Assembly: GCA_001599295.1 (NCBI GenBank)
Contig: BCGN01000002.1
Location: forward strand, 496,001 to 560,000
DNA: 64,000 nucleotides
Reading direction: 5' to 3'
Source of the DNA: Sporopachydermia quercuum
Taxonomy: Eukaryota
Positions 1 through 13,419 of the stretch are shown here, piece by piece; positions within the stretch are counted from its first letter, which is position 1; each line of letters begins with the position of its first letter. The notes under the pieces were generated by a model. The model was not told the DNA's origin. It did no database searches and was given only the letters and a program-made list of their open reading frames with translations. The position numbers and the translations under genes were made by a program.

Positions 1-825
1 TTTTTCTTCTTCTTCTTCCTCCTCCTCCTCCTCCTCTTCTTCTTCTTCATCGTCTTCTTCGATTTCTTGAATTTTAGGCTCAACACCAGGAGGAAGGACT
101 TCGTCTTCATCAGGTGTCAAATCATACTCGTCACTATCGAATTCACCTTCATCAGAGCCATAATCATAATCATCTTCATCGGAGTCATATGGTAAATCAA
201 CGTAGTTACCAGTAAGGTGGACAGAATGGTCACCAGAAACCATGAAGTAAACTCTTTCATTAGGTGTTATAACAAGATCTAATGGTTGTTGGAAAACAGA
301 CTTGGTAGACAAAGTGCAAACAGTGTAAGGTGCGTTGTTGAATTCTTCATCGAAATCGAAACCTTCATCATCTTCATCATCATCTTCTTCTTCTTCGTCT
401 TCATCGGAGTCTTCATCTTCATCATCATCAGAGCCAGCGTCTTCGAATTCATCGGAAACGGTGACTTCTTTGGCTGATCCGTTAGCCTTTTTGCCTTTCT
501 TACTCTTAGGAGTCTCTTCTTCCTCCTCTTCTTCTTCTTCTTCTTCTTCTTCTTCTTCTTCTTCTTCTTCTTCGATATCCATAATATCAGCTTCGTCATT
601 ATCATCTTCGCTATCGAAATCATCATCATCGGTATCTACATCGTCAGAAACACGAATTATGCTCAAAGTAGTGGGTTTTTCTTCTTTTTCGTTGAAAGAT
701 TCAAAATCCAATGCAGCCATAGTGATTCTGACAGCACAAGGAACTCGCAAAGCTGGGACAAGCTCTTGAGGACTCACATCTAAGATGTAAGTACCAATTG
801 GCACAGCAGTAAATGACTCGGACAT
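1..825 (-). CDS. FPR3: Nucleolar FKBP-type prolyl isomerase / nucleoplasmin-like histone chaperone (Fpr3/Fpr4 family), 5' part; runs off the window
   Basis: ATG at 825 (MSESFTAVPIGTYILDV...VRITMAALD). The nucleoplasmin-like domain is split by Asp/Glu tracts and continues as CTLSTKSVFQQPLDLVITPNERVYFMVSGDHSVHLTGNY. The frame is open to the window edge. The FKBP domain is not in the window, and FPR3 vs FPR4 cannot be distinguished. Confidence 0.85.
   Translation of the reverse strand, partial: MSESFTAVPIGTYILDVSPQELVPALRVPCAVRITMAALDFESFNEKEEKPTTLSIIRVSDDVDTDDDDFDSEDDNDEADIMDIEEEEEEEEEEEEEEEEEEEETPKSKKGKKANGSAKEVTVSDEFEDAGSDDDEDEDSDEDEEEEDDDEDDEGFDFDEEFNNAPYTVCTLSTKSVFQQPLDLVITPNERVYFMVSGDHSVHLTGNYVDLPYDSDEDDYDYGSDEGEFDSDEYDLTPDEDEVLPPGVEPKIQEIEEDDEEEEEEEEEEEEEEEK
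361..575. repeat. TTC/TCA trinucleotide tracts encoding poly-Glu/Asp in FPR3
   Basis: (ttc)n run at about 527-573 and tca/ttc mix at 365-430; a similar tract at 1-60. Confidence 0.9.
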
Positions 826-1063
826 GATGCTATGTGTGGATAGAGATATTATTGAATTACAGTAAATGACANACAACCAAATCAATATAAACGGTTATTA
901 TTATGTTTATAGAACAATTGATATATTATTGCTTGAACTAATATTGTTATAATTACTGTAGCAGATTTTATAACATAGCAGTCAAACAGTAAGATAGCAA
1001 GCAAGAAGAATAAATACTGAAGTGCAAACAAAACTCACAGTAAACATCTTTTTTTTTATATTG

Positions 1064-1074
1064 TGAAAATTTTT
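1064..1074. promoter_or_regulatory. RRPE-like element (TGAAAATTTTT) upstream of FPR3
   Basis: Matches the yeast ribosome-biogenesis RRPE motif, about 240 bp upstream of a nucleolar protein gene. Confidence 0.5.
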
Positions 1075-1755
1075 TATTACTATGGGAGCTATAGAACAAG
1101 ATATTTCGGAAATGATGTCATTGAATAGGATAGGAGATGTGAAGTTGTCAAGGAGATCATGAGTAGAATATTTCTACAGAAATGTGCGCATAAATAGTGA
1201 AAGAAAGCAAAACGTGCTGGGAAATTAGCTGAGGTACTAGTTTAGACAGAACTACAAAGATTATCTAAGAATGTTGACAGCTGGAATTTCGTTTTGACTG
1301 ACATTACCAGTTATCGAGAGCAAATGCTTTACTATTAGATTTTCAGAGTATTTGTCGTATTATTTCCGATATCCATTCGAGGGAATGTGAATCAAATCAT
1401 AATTTGCACGTGCTAGTCAAGCTTGCATCTGAAGCAATTGAAAAACAAGNACCAGTAAATAGCAGCAATTCCAATTGAAATTTACAGAACTACTAATAGG
1501 TATCATTAGAAATAGTTTCAATACATGAAAATAAATAGTATCTCAAAAAAGCCAATGAAAAAATTGAGAGTAGGAACTATATGACAGAGAATTATTAAAT
1601 GATGACACAATCATGTAAGCCAGAAAAACACATAGTCACGTGTTACCACATGCTCATCTTAACTATTCAGCCCTTGTACTATCATAATTATACAAAACAA
1701 TCCAATAAAGCATCTATAAACATACAAAATGGAACCCAAAAGAAATATCAATAAT

Positions 1756-4700
1756 TTATAGCTGCTTGTAGTTGAAATTAGCAATCAAAGAGCCTCCTGT
1801 TCCAGGTATATCAATAGAAACATCCTCATTCACCCTATCCAGTACCACTGACAAAGGTAATGAAGTTTTACCTATTTCATGATGACGACCGAATGATTTA
1901 CTCTCAAATAATCTGAACAACAAGTTGCAATCAGGTGACGCTCTAAAAGGGAATGATTCATTCCAACGAATATTAACTGAACTATTTTCTGAATCGGTAC
2001 TTGAATTTTTAGTAGGTGTAGATGGTGTTGATCTACTGTTCTTTGACTTGTAAATTTCTTTTGTTTTCTCAGCACGCTCCAATAATACCCTAACTTGGAG
2101 ACTATGAATATTAGACAACTCACCTTTGAAACCAACGATAGTTCCTCTTCCTGGGAATACGTTTCCATTATTGGCATTCGTGAAAAGTGATGCATTAGAA
2201 GATTTAGATACAATACTGGCGATTGCTTCTAATGGGTGATGTTCTGCTTCTGTTTTGCGATTGGGTGTGCTAGAATTTGAGTGGGTAGAACTTCTTGAAT
2301 GACTGCCAGTAGTAGTACTTGTAGCAGTACTACTGGAATTCGTACCATTCGAAACATGTGTTGTATTATTTTGAGTAGTGTTAGCAGAAGTGTTGTTATC
2401 ATCATTGTTCTCACCATCTTCTTCAGGATAAACAAATAAATCATCATCCTCTTTTGTTTCCTTGAATAAATCATCACTTGAAATGCTCTTCTTACTAGAT
2501 TCCTTCTTGCGACCTAAGAATGTTCTCTTGATTAAACTAGACCCTCCTTTGACAACTCCACCGCTAACGTTTCCAACATTACTCAATGTTCTAACTGAGG
2601 TTCCTGCAATATTACTAACCACTCTACCACCGGTATTTGACATAGTACCTCTAGATTTCAACAAAGGTCTGATGTACAAGGGTTTAAACAATAGTGCATA
2701 AGTGATAGTTCCCGATTTACCATCAAGTGGCGCAGCATGAATATTCTTCCTTTTAAACGGTTCGAGACTTGCAATATCGACTTCGCATCTTCCTAATAAA
2801 TCATTAGAATTACCTAAATCCCAATCCCATACTTCGAATATGAGCTTATCACGAGTTCTTGAGTGGATTTGAATATCAGTTTGAAAGTTCCATTCTGGAT
2901 TTAATGTCCTTTTGATAGTATCTGTTACACCNACTGTCTTACCGTTCAGTTTAAGTTCAGTGAATGGGTCAGATCTGTTTCCCCTATCAGCAGCAGGGAC
3001 ATTTTCTGCCTTCAGTATAAAAACAGTTAAAACACCAGAGTTCGAAATTTTTTCATCTTCAAGTAAATCGATAGAAACAGGCAGGTAATAAACTTGCACA
3101 TTAATCTTATGAACTGTTCCTGATTTAGTTTTTAGTTCTATTTGCAAGGGTTTGTTGTATGCTTCTTTGATCAATGTCGGGGTTGCTATATCACCTATTG
3201 CATAAATCTCATCAGGAGCGAAACCTTCTTCTTTCTTACTCAATTGGAAGGTCACTCTTGAAAACTCCATTGATTTAATGAATGACTCTCCAACTTCATC
3301 TAGTTTACGAGTTCCAGGAGTAATCTTACTGGAGGTCCAATCAGGATATACTCTATTATCAAAAACAGCACTTAAATAAGTAGAAGAAGAAGAAGATATT
3401 GATACATTTGATATTTTATAGACCAGAAGGCCTGAAGTGTAGTTCATCAATTCCTCCAATGAAAGCTTTTGCTTCTGAGGATATACGTCTTCTGAGTTCT
3501 CATCTTCCTCGTCTTCATCATAGTATTCCCATTCTTCGTCGCTAGCTAATTCATTATCCTCTAACTCTTTCTCTTTTTCTTCAAGTGTCTTACCTTCTTT
3601 CTCAGCTTCTTCCTTCAATTTCTCCTTCTTCAAAGCTTCCTCCTTCTCTTGTTTTTCAAGCTCTTTTAGTTCACTAGGATTGTAAACAGGAACTGAAGGA
3701 AAGAAGTCAAGTGTATAGTTTAAAGTACCCCTTGCTTTACCTCTCTTTGTTAATTGGGCAATAGTTTCTTTTTCGTGAATATAACGGTTATAAACAACAC
3801 CTTTGCCATCAGGGTTTTTACCCTTAGTAATGATATCAGATAGCTTAACTTCAGTTCTACCAACAGTTCTATCAGTACCTCTTTCAACATCCATTACTTC
3901 AATTCTCAGTTTCTGATTTTGATTTTGAACAGGAACATAAAGGATTTCGTTAAAATCGGGGTTCAATGTTTGGGGGACAGTAATAGTTCGTGAGATCGGA
4001 ATATTATTATTGAACACTTTAACATATGGATCAATAGTACCAATTTTCTCCAAGTTGGGTAAATTCCGAGCGCTGTTAACGTATAATCTAACAACACCAA
4101 TAGGATCAACATAAGAAGCTGCTGATTCAATACCTTTAAGCATAACAGGTTTCCATTCGAGACTCAATCGAACTTCACCTGTTGGAGATAAATCAAACCA
4201 ATCTCTCTTATCAGCCAATTGCATCAAAGCGCTATCAAGACTTGTATGAAGTGAACCAACAATGGGATCAGCTGATAAACCTCTAGAATCATAAACTTTG
4301 AGACCTATCTTACATAGTTGTCTATTGGGGACAAGGACTTCGATACGGTCTTCAAAAGCAGCATCATTCGTTCTACGAAGAGTTCTTGTCTTCTTCACTA
4401 ATTTACCATCAATGCTCAGCTCAGCATAAGGATTCAACTGTCCTACCAAAGATCTTGAAGCATCAAGTTCTCTAGCGGAGTGTAATGTCAATGATAAAAT
4501 ACCAACATTTGAATCAAAAGCGATACCGGAATCACTATCATCTTCATCATCTTTACCAGCTTTCAAGACTGGGAAGAACCGTAAATCATATATGATACCA
4601 CCATAAGTCCGTTGCCTACCAGATCCCTCACGAAGAATTCCTCCTGATTGATTTTCCAAAATGGGGTCTTTCTCAAGTTGAGATAAGGGGATTCTGACCG

Positions 4701-6460
4701 TACCGAGATGCTTATCTTTTCTGAAGTCATTGAAATCCCAAACTTGAAACAACAAGTCATTATTATGAAGCTGGTTGACAAGAATATACTTAGTTTCATT
4801 CCATTTAGGGCTTGCAGTGTTGTTCTTAATTTGCGTTCTTCCCACGTCTTGATCAGCTTTATTTGAGAATTGAAATCTTATATAAGGGTCACAAGTATTG
4901 CCAATAGACCCACTGGTAATCAAACCTTTACCTTCTTTCACAGTCACAGCCAATACACCAATGGCAGAATCATCGACATTGCTCTTGAACAGTTCTTCAA
5001 CATTAATAGGTAAGTAATTAGGAGCATACATCAACGGTTCCAGATTAGAATTAATGATGGAATTAATGAAAGAAGAAAGACCGGGCATATACTTGATAAT
5101 ATCAATACCAAACAAATCACCACCAATAGGCTTTAAACCAAAACTGATATCAGGCTGTTCCAAGAAAGATATTCTCACCATTTTTATATAAGGTAAATCA
5201 GGCATCAAGTTAATTTTTATTTTCATATAACCACTGAAAGAAGTGTTTTCTACCAGCACAGGAATTGATTTGGAAGCAATACCGATACCCAGTGAAACAC
5301 CCAGTTTGATTTTTGGTTTGATCAAGTCTTTGACCTCTTGTTCAGTTAGATCAGATGTATCATCAGGAGTAAATCTGAACTTCCAATCCATTTCAAGGTA
5401 ATCATCACGTTTGGTTGGGTAAGTTCTACAGTATTCNACTTTTGGTGCTTTATTACCAAGGGTAAATTGATCTAATGACAAACCATTAATACCACCACCA
5501 GGAGCAGCATCAGCTAGTTGTTCATTCGCCGTTGAAATAACTGTTTCAGTTAACGCATTCATGTAGATAACCCAGAATTTGGCGGCAAATATGTTTAGCC
5601 AATTCAAAGTTTCTTCCTTATCATCAAGCTTTTGAAAAGCTTCTTCACGAGTAAGATCATCACGTAAGTTACGAGTAAATCTATCAGTTTCCATCTTGTA
5701 AACACCATACGTGAACAAGAAGACAACAGCTAACCAGGCAATCGATTTACCCCAGCGAGCAACCAACCAAGCGAAAAAACAACAGCCCATCATTGTCAAT
5801 GTGTTCTGTAGCCAATCTTGCAGGAAGCTCTCGGTCATGTTCTTCTCAACTTCCCGGGACGAAGCAGCGATAGCGGCCGATACTTCAGGATCGACTTCAT
5901 GATCAGGCTCAATCCATCCACCAATATTCTTCCAACCATCTCTTGGTGATATCATGAGTATCTTGACTTTCTTTGGCGCTTTTCTGGTAGGCAATTCAAT
6001 ATCATCATCTTTTGATTTGAATTTTTTCTTCTCTACATCATCACCCAGTAAACCATAAGGTGCAGACATAACTCCTTTTGTGACTTTCATACCAGTTTGA
6101 AGTACAGCACCCCCAGCGCTTACCCCGGTTTTAAATATAGCACCACCAGTGTTTACACCAGCGTTATAAACACCCCCAGTTATTGCATTATCACCAGCTG
6201 CTTTGGCAGTGCTTTTAACCGTGTTGGTTATAACATTGTCTTTCGCAAGGTGTTTGAGCTATGTTGTTAGTAGATGGTCCGGTATGAGAGGGTAGGTCGA
6301 GCCTTGATGAGACATCAGCAACATCGTAAGAAGGTGCTTAGCAAAATACGGATAGTAAATATTAAAAAAGATAGCTGCCTCAATATCAGCCTTGTGTTTC
6401 TTGCTACGACTCTTCTTTCTTTATTCTAGTATACTTCTTCTCAATACTTACACGATTCAT
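1756..6460 (-). CDS. TCB: Tricalbin (SMP + multiple C2 domains, ER-PM tether); 2 exons: 6452-6460 and 1756-6258
   Basis: N-terminal TM hairpin, SMP domain (ETLNWLNIFAAKFWV...LDQFTLG) and several C2 domains (CDPYIRF, NPYAEL, IDPYVKV, SDPFTEL...VWDWD). Exon 1 is ATGAATCGT|GTAAGT. Branch TACTAAC at 6272-6266 and TAG at 6261-6259 give an in-frame join to the 1444-aa ORF. Confidence 0.92.
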
Positions 6461-7662
6461 TCTGACAATTGTATAGTATCTCTAGTAGCTACTGCTATTA
6501 TAGAACAAACAGGGTCAACTAAAACCATAGGCAAATGTCTCCTAAAGCTTCAAAAACCAATCTAAGTAAAAANATCAATTGATGTTCTATGAAAGAACTG
6601 GTGGATTGATTATATGAGATAATCAAGATGTGATTGTTACAACAATGACAACAGATGTCGTTAGAGAAGATAGGAAAGAAGACCAATTAATGGATTGGGG
6701 GCTTATTTGCGTATAAAAGGTGAAGGAGTTACGTAATTGTCCGTACAAAAATATGTACAAAAGCCAATAGAAGTAAAAAACCCGATAGGGTTTATGCAAA
6801 ACCATGTGGAAAAATGCATAATCGTAAATTAAGAGGAAATGAGACATTCATAATATATTGAAAATCAGATATTTTTGACTGAGGTAAAAGTAAGTCATAT
6901 GGAACTATAGAGTTTGTATGTGGTAACTTTGAAAAATACATAACTGTTCGGGTCTTTTAGTTTCCGATTTACCAGAAATAAGCAAACAAGGGAAATTACC
7001 ATTGGGTTTTGAAAATGCAATAATAATTAAAGTTTGAATATCAGGTTTTTATCCGTCTTTAGTCTATGATTCAATCGAACTCTATTTTGAGTTCTTGCAT
7101 CAACATGAACTCTGTCGTAAGTAAAAACATTGTCAATTTAGCGATTGTCAGCGTGAATATAAAGGAAAAACAAAAATAATAACAGTAGACTCAGGAATCC
7201 TAAGGCAACCCGCAAATAGGTACTAATAGCTGACTTGTTTGCAACAGATGCCTCATGAATCATTTATTAGTGCCAGTACGTTTTTGTTTACCTCAATTGT
7301 CGTATTTTTTGCAAGCAAATCTACGCAAACCTTAATGCGATTTTTAATCAGCTTGAAGCTTCTCTGCATGAATTGTACATATTCACATGTACCTCCTTTT
7401 TGATTGTCAACGAGAAGGAGAAATGGGACAGCACGGGCATTGAGCACGTACTGGGAGAGAGACGTGGAGATGTCTAATTGTACGGAAAATATTCAGAGAT
7501 ATTCGGAGTTAGGGTAGCAGATGAGGATGTTGAGAATTAAGTCAGCAACCGAAGGTAAAACAAGCGAAAGAACAGGGAAATTGTAAAAAGTACGCTACGC
7601 CTACAGTAGTGTATAGATCTGTGATCTCCTTCATTAATACAATGCTACGTAAATCTACCTCC

Positions 7663-9135
7663 TCAATTAATGTTTCTAATGAGATTTTTCTGCTTATTGA
7701 CCATTTCGTACCATNTTTCCGGGCTTATACCAATTTCTGGCTGCAACATGAGATAGTCGAAGTCAGCACCAATACGACCCAGACTTTGACAGCAGTATAC
7801 TAATTGTAGGATAATACTATCCATATCTTCTTTGGATTCCACTTTACTGGCAGTTGATTCAAATGCTTTGACTAACTCTTGCATTACCATGTCAATGAAT
7901 GATCGAACTAATGGATCAGTCAATACAACGGTCTCATTGCCATTATTATTGATAACTGTATCAATAGCTGATAAAATATCCCAGTCGTGATGGCCATCAG
8001 CACTGGCTTTGGTTTTCCCATTTGTATTGCCATCACTACTTTTCCTTTTCCACAACTCCCGTTGTTCTATTGGAAAAATGGTTTTATATGCAACAACAGT
8101 ACCCAACATGTACTCTCTTATTACTTCGATAAATCGTTTCAAATACTTCACATGTTGATCTAGTTCTTTGAACCTAACTAACACATTTAACTGTGTTGTA
8201 ATGAACTGATACCGGGAATTCAAGAATACTCGTTTGACCAGTNCAATATCTGCTTCTCCAGTTAACTTGTTATTACTCTCATCTTCATTGTTCTTTTTCG
8301 TAAAACATTGAATACGTTTCAAAAAAGACACTAATTTGATCATCATTGAAAGTTTGATATCTGATTTCAATATAGAAATCAAGCTAGATGCCATTTTGAT
8401 TAATATTTCATCAATTTGATCGTTGATTTTACTTATTAATCCTATCGAACTGTACCTTAGTTTTAGCCTTTTAATATGTGACGATATTTCCAATACTTCA
8501 TTGTATCTTCCTAATGATAATCTTGCTTCCGCTAGCACAGGCAAATCAAGAATATCACTTATCTTATTTAAATTAGATAGTATGACAGAAGGAGTGACAT
8601 GACTTTTTCGCTGGTTATGCAGTTGATGATATTGCTGTTGTTTCAAAAGAAGGAACTGCTCATCTTTCTTGATATCGACAACGCCATTTGTCAAGTCCTT
8701 TGACAGNGGTGCTAATTGATTATTGAAAACTTCGTTTGCTTTATTCTGAGCTTGATATGCTTTCAACAGATTAGCAGTAGATTTCAATGACAGGTCCTGT
8801 AGTTCATTGCTCAAGACTATTTCCTCATTTTTCAAATACACACTTTCGTGATTATTGCTATTGTTATTGTTACTTTCGTTTGATGCTTGTGAATTTGTGT
8901 TTGTTGATGAGCGCTGTTCAGTATATATCACAGTTGATAGATTACTCAGACTAGTTCTCGAATGATACTGTGAGCTTGATTTGACGTCTTGTAGCGATAA
9001 TTCAGATAAGTGCTTACAGTAATTCGACAGCTCCTTTTTCGCCGAGTCATCTTTTTCCAATGACTCAATAATTGATTTGACGTTTGTTGATAGACCAGGC
9101 AGAATCCTTTCAAGCACTAAATCTGCCACGTCCAT
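7663..9135 (-). CDS. COG8: Conserved oligomeric Golgi complex subunit 8 (Dor1 family)
   Basis: ILSNLNKISDILDLPVL...YNEVLEISSHIKRL, YLKRFIEVIREYM, QLVYCCQSLGRIGADF. The first ATG is at 9135; the ORF-track start at 9174 is GTG. Confidence 0.88.
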   Translation of the reverse strand: MDVADLVLERILPGLSTNVKSIIESLEKDDSAKKELSNYCKHLSELSLQDVKSSSQYHSRTSLSNLSTVIYTEQRSSTNTNSQASNESNNNNSNNHESVYLKNEEIVLSNELQDLSLKSTANLLKAYQAQNKANEVFNNQLAXLSKDLTNGVVDIKKDEQFLLLKQQQYHQLHNQRKSHVTPSVILSNLNKISDILDLPVLAEARLSLGRYNEVLEISSHIKRLKLRYSSIGLISKINDQIDEILIKMASSLISILKSDIKLSMMIKLVSFLKRIQCFTKKNNEDESNNKLTGEADIXLVKRVFLNSRYQFITTQLNVLVRFKELDQHVKYLKRFIEVIREYMLGTVVAYKTIFPIEQRELWKRKSSDGNTNGKTKASADGHHDWDILSAIDTVINNNGNETVVLTDPLVRSFIDMVMQELVKAFESTASKVESKEDMDSIILQLVYCCQSLGRIGADFDYLMLQPEIGISPEXWYEMVNKQKNLIRNIN

Positions 9136-10241
9136 TGTGCAAAGATAAGAAAATGGTATAAGTATGGGGAGCACGATGTCAATCGTTCGGAGAATGAAAG
9201 GTCCGTTTTACCAAAGGCTGCTGTAATAATATTAAATGCCCACACTTGGTTTGGTTATCTTCGATATGCAGGCGCGTTCAGCCAATTAGCTGTGGATAAT
9301 CAGCCTTTTGATTTAGTAGTTGATGCTAGGAATAGCTAGGAATAGGGCGGTGCTGATTGATTGTTCCAGGATCAGTTCCACTATGCAAAGCATCGACATC
9401 AAAGCTTAGTTATAGTATGTTCAATTAAAGAATCCCAGCACAATAAGTTAGCAACACCTAACACACTCAAACCAATGAATTTGCTTATTCTCTTTTTTAT
9501 TCCCCTTCGCTTTACATCTCATCAGCAGCAGGAACGCCATATCAACTGTTGATCCTTTCTTGTTGGTATTTGTCTCATAACAGATACCACTCTCTCCTCT
9601 CATTATCATCACGAGAACAACCCTCTTTCATTATGTTCCTCCTTGGTACCCCTTAAGATGTTAGGGTGTACGTTCTGTTAGCTCCAAACTAAATTAACTT
9701 CAGACCCACTCATGCATCTCTCGCATCTTATGCATATCTCAGTTTGCAGCCATTGGCTTTCCTATTAGCTACAGTCTACTAATGGAAGAGTGTAGATGTA
9801 TGTATTGATCATACTTACCAGGTTGCTTCTTTACTATGAAGAAAAGGAGTAGTTACAGAAGACGAGATATCTCATCGATCAGTAGGAATATCAGGATTTG
9901 ACCAGGTTATTTCAATAGTTGATTGATTGACCATTAATCTGTCTTGTTCGACTATACTGCAGTCTAGTTTAGCTTGTGATCTTCGGATTCTTCATACTAG
10001 TCAAGTCTTAAGTTAGGTGATTTCTATCAAGTAAGAAAGAATAGGGAAACGAATAATAGAACGTCCAGATAGATACAAAAGACGACTTTGATTGAATCAT
10101 AACGAAATACAGTAGGAGAAAATACAACTGAGTAGAGTTACACTTGGATAGCACCTTTACCGTACCTTTGGATTCAATCGAACTTCGCGAACTTACGAAT
10201 TATTGTTTATTCTAAAGAGTCAGAAAACAAAAAGCATTAAA

Positions 10242-11381
10242 ATGGAAGGCCTTTTCTTTAATATTGACTTGTAAGTAATATTTTTCATACCTTGGCTTGG
10301 AAAATCAGAAGCTGAGAGAGCCCTTCATCTATTACATCCAATTATTCACTACTTACTAACATCAAACCATAGTGGCTATGTTGAGGGATTAGTCCGTGGT
10401 TATCGTAACGGGCTTTTGTCATCATCACAATACATTAATTTAACTCAATGCGATAGTCTGGATGATTTGAAACTTCAACTATCAGCTACCGAGTATGGAA
10501 ACTTTTTAAGTAATGTTCCATCACCGTTAGCAACATCAGTCATACAAGAAAAAGCAGCAAACAAACTATACAATGAATTTCACTACATTAGATCACAAGC
10601 AGTTGAACCATTAGCCAAATTTATGGATTATATTACTTATGGTTATATGATTGATAACGTTGCATTATTGATTACTGGTACTATTCATGAAAGAGACCGT
10701 AGTGAAATATTAGAAAGATGCCATCCTTTAGGCTGGTTTGATACTTTACCAGCATTATCTGTTGCGACCGATATCGAGTCGTTGTATACCACGGTTCTTA
10801 TTGACACGCCATTAGCACCTTATTTTAAAGATTGCTTATCAGCCGAAGATTTAACTGACATGAATATTGAAATCATTCGTAATAAACTATATAAAGCTTA
10901 TTTGGAAGATTTCTATTCTTTCTGTTTGAAAACATTGCCGAATCCTTCAGACGAGATTATGGGTAGGTTACTTGAATTTGAAGCTGACAGAAGAACTATT
11001 AATATTGCTCTTAACTCTGTTGGTACTGAATTATCAAATAGAGAAAGAAGTGAATTATGTCCTAGCTTTGGAAAGCTTTATCCCTATATCAGTGAAGAGT
11101 TGTGTAATGCTGAAGATATTGAACAAATAAGATCATCATTGGAAAATGTTGGGGATTATAAGGGATATTTTGATTCCGGCAATAATAAAAGTTTAGAAGA
11201 CAATTTCTACCAACGGGAAATGGAATTATGTATGATGGCTTTCACTCAACAATTTACGTTTAGTACTATATGGGCTTGGGTTAAGAGTAGAGAGCAAGAG
11301 GTGAGGAATATCACATGGATTGCTGAATGCATTGCTCAGAATCAAAAAGAGAGAATCAATAATTATATCTCTGTTTACTAA
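10242..11381 (+). CDS. VMA6: V-ATPase V0 subunit d; exons 10242-10270 and 10373-11381
   Basis: Spliced N-terminus MEGLFFNIDF/GYVEGLVRGYRNGLL. GTAAGT at 10271, TACTAAC at 10354, TAG at 10370-10372. C-terminus EQEVRNITWIAECIAQNQKERINNYISVY. Confidence 0.97.
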
Positions 11382-13419
11382 AAGGAGTACGANTGTTAAT
11401 GATTGCTGATAACTAGTTTCGTAATTGATATAGTTAATACATTTGAATTAAGAGAAGCAAACAATAGAATAGTAGACTGCAATTATTTGAATTCTGGTAG
11501 AGAGTTATGAATTATGAGTTGTGAACTATGAATGCCGTTGATAGTAGTTTTTTATGTAGTATGCTAGAGAGATAGTGATGGTGGCANAATTCAAAAATGC
11601 CTGCCTGGATTGGAGTTCTATAATTTCATGCTATTTCTTGAGAGTAGTATAATCTGCTGAAATTCTATCTGATTTCGTAAATACGAGAGAGAAATCTAAG
11701 ACTTTATTTAATTAGTGGATGAACTTTGGCAAGCTTAATAGTGGTGAGACTTTCTATTATTATACTACGTTTAATGGAGTTTTATAAGAGTCAAACAGAT
11801 TACGTATGCTATTACATATTCATTAAAAAAAGATTGATAATCTTGACAGTAGTTATTAATTATTCTGACTCCGTCTTGGGTAGACAGAAATCTACGCTTG
11901 CTTTTGGGACAAGCATGAATTAACCACTGCTATATCAATTGTCATACAATTCTTTATTCTGTTAATAAAAGTTGAACCTAAGATAAGGCAGAGAAACGAT
12001 GAAAATAAAGTTGATAAAGGTAGAATCAGTTCATGAGTTTCAGTATTTCGCTACCTTCAGGAGCTGATTCAACTAGCTACAATGCGANCCTACCTCCCAA
12101 ACTTGTTGTCTTACTAAGGATGATCTTAGTTCTTCAAATATATTCATATAAGGAGAAGATCAACTGCTATTTTATGGTCTTATTACATATGACATATTTT
12201 GTTTCTAGTTTCCACTTGTTACCAGAAAGTGCAATTGAGGAAAAATAGAATGAAAAATGTCCTCGCCAGTCCGGAAATTCAGACTAACTGTATTATTTGG
12301 ACTTTGTAGATAACTGATCTAAATAATCTTCATGAATATTTCTCATAGTATCAAACAATTTTATTTTGCAATCTAATGTCTAATATTGATGCTTAAGCCA
12401 GTTCTATGAAATTAGAATTATATTTTCTAGTAGACACTCTTATCCTATTGTTCTGTGTACTGCAGACTCCATTCACACTTTGAATGCAAGCTAGAAAGTC
12501 GTCTGTTGGAAAATTCAAGGAAAATAGTAATTTTAAAACTAGAATTCTTTCGTTATAATCAGTAGATAAGCTGTTAGTCTTTGAAAAGCAGAGAATAATT
12601 TTTAATGTCAACCATTGTTCTCAGTGCTTTCCAGGCNTTAGACTGATAAGCTCGAAAGGCACATTCGGGTTATAAATCTTATTCTGTTAGCGTTATTTAG
12701 GTATAAGGTTTGACTCTTAGTAATAAACTAGATATACTATTTTTCAGTTTAACTGGGAAGAACAAATGGAAATATAGTGGATACATGAATAATGATATTA
12801 CAAGAAATATATTCGTTGGACTTTCTTAACTACACTGAGTTGAAACAGCTAAACTACCATCAACTATTCATATTTTTCTGTTGAGCTATATATCTTTAAG
12901 TCGAACTATTGACTGCTGAATTGAGTTTTATAACCTTATACCGTAGATCCAGAATGGTATTTTAGAATGGAAATCTTCAAACTTTGCTTAGCAACGTTGG
13001 AAACCAGTTGAAGATCGGTTTCTTTTTATCACAATCACAGGATTTTGATACAGAAAAAGGGCTTTATAATTTTGTCAATTAGATTAGATAATGTAAGAAG
13101 TTATTTACATTAATTTACCGGTAAATACTCGGTTGAATTGATCTCTTTTCTTCAAGCCTTTTCCCGTTTAAGATCTTAGAAGCATAGTAAAACAGAGATC
13201 ACATAATCAAAAACTTGCCAGCTATGAAACGGAATAGATCCATCACTTCTGATACATAATATCCGGAAAATTTCTATTACTATAACGATATGAACCTTCC
13301 TACATCTGTATCACATAGATTGTAACCAATTTATCCTCTATCCATTATGGCATATANATACAGAACTTTGATTGAATCAATACTCAAGGATAAATTCCAA
13401 TTTAATAGATGAATCTCAA

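Noticed and set aside
279..769. Poly-Lys and poly-Ser ORFs in the track
   Set aside because: They are alternative-frame or antisense readings of the poly-Glu/Asp tracts of FPR3.
9811..9900. ATACTTACC resembling the 5' end of U1 snRNA
   Set aside because: The next base is A rather than T, and I see no convincing loop I or Sm site downstream. It is equally explained as a chance or minus-strand GTAAGT donor-like sequence.
11400..13400. 2-kb ORF-poor interval between VMA6 and HIT1
   Set aside because: No recognisable protein motif, LTR, terminal repeat or RNA gene.
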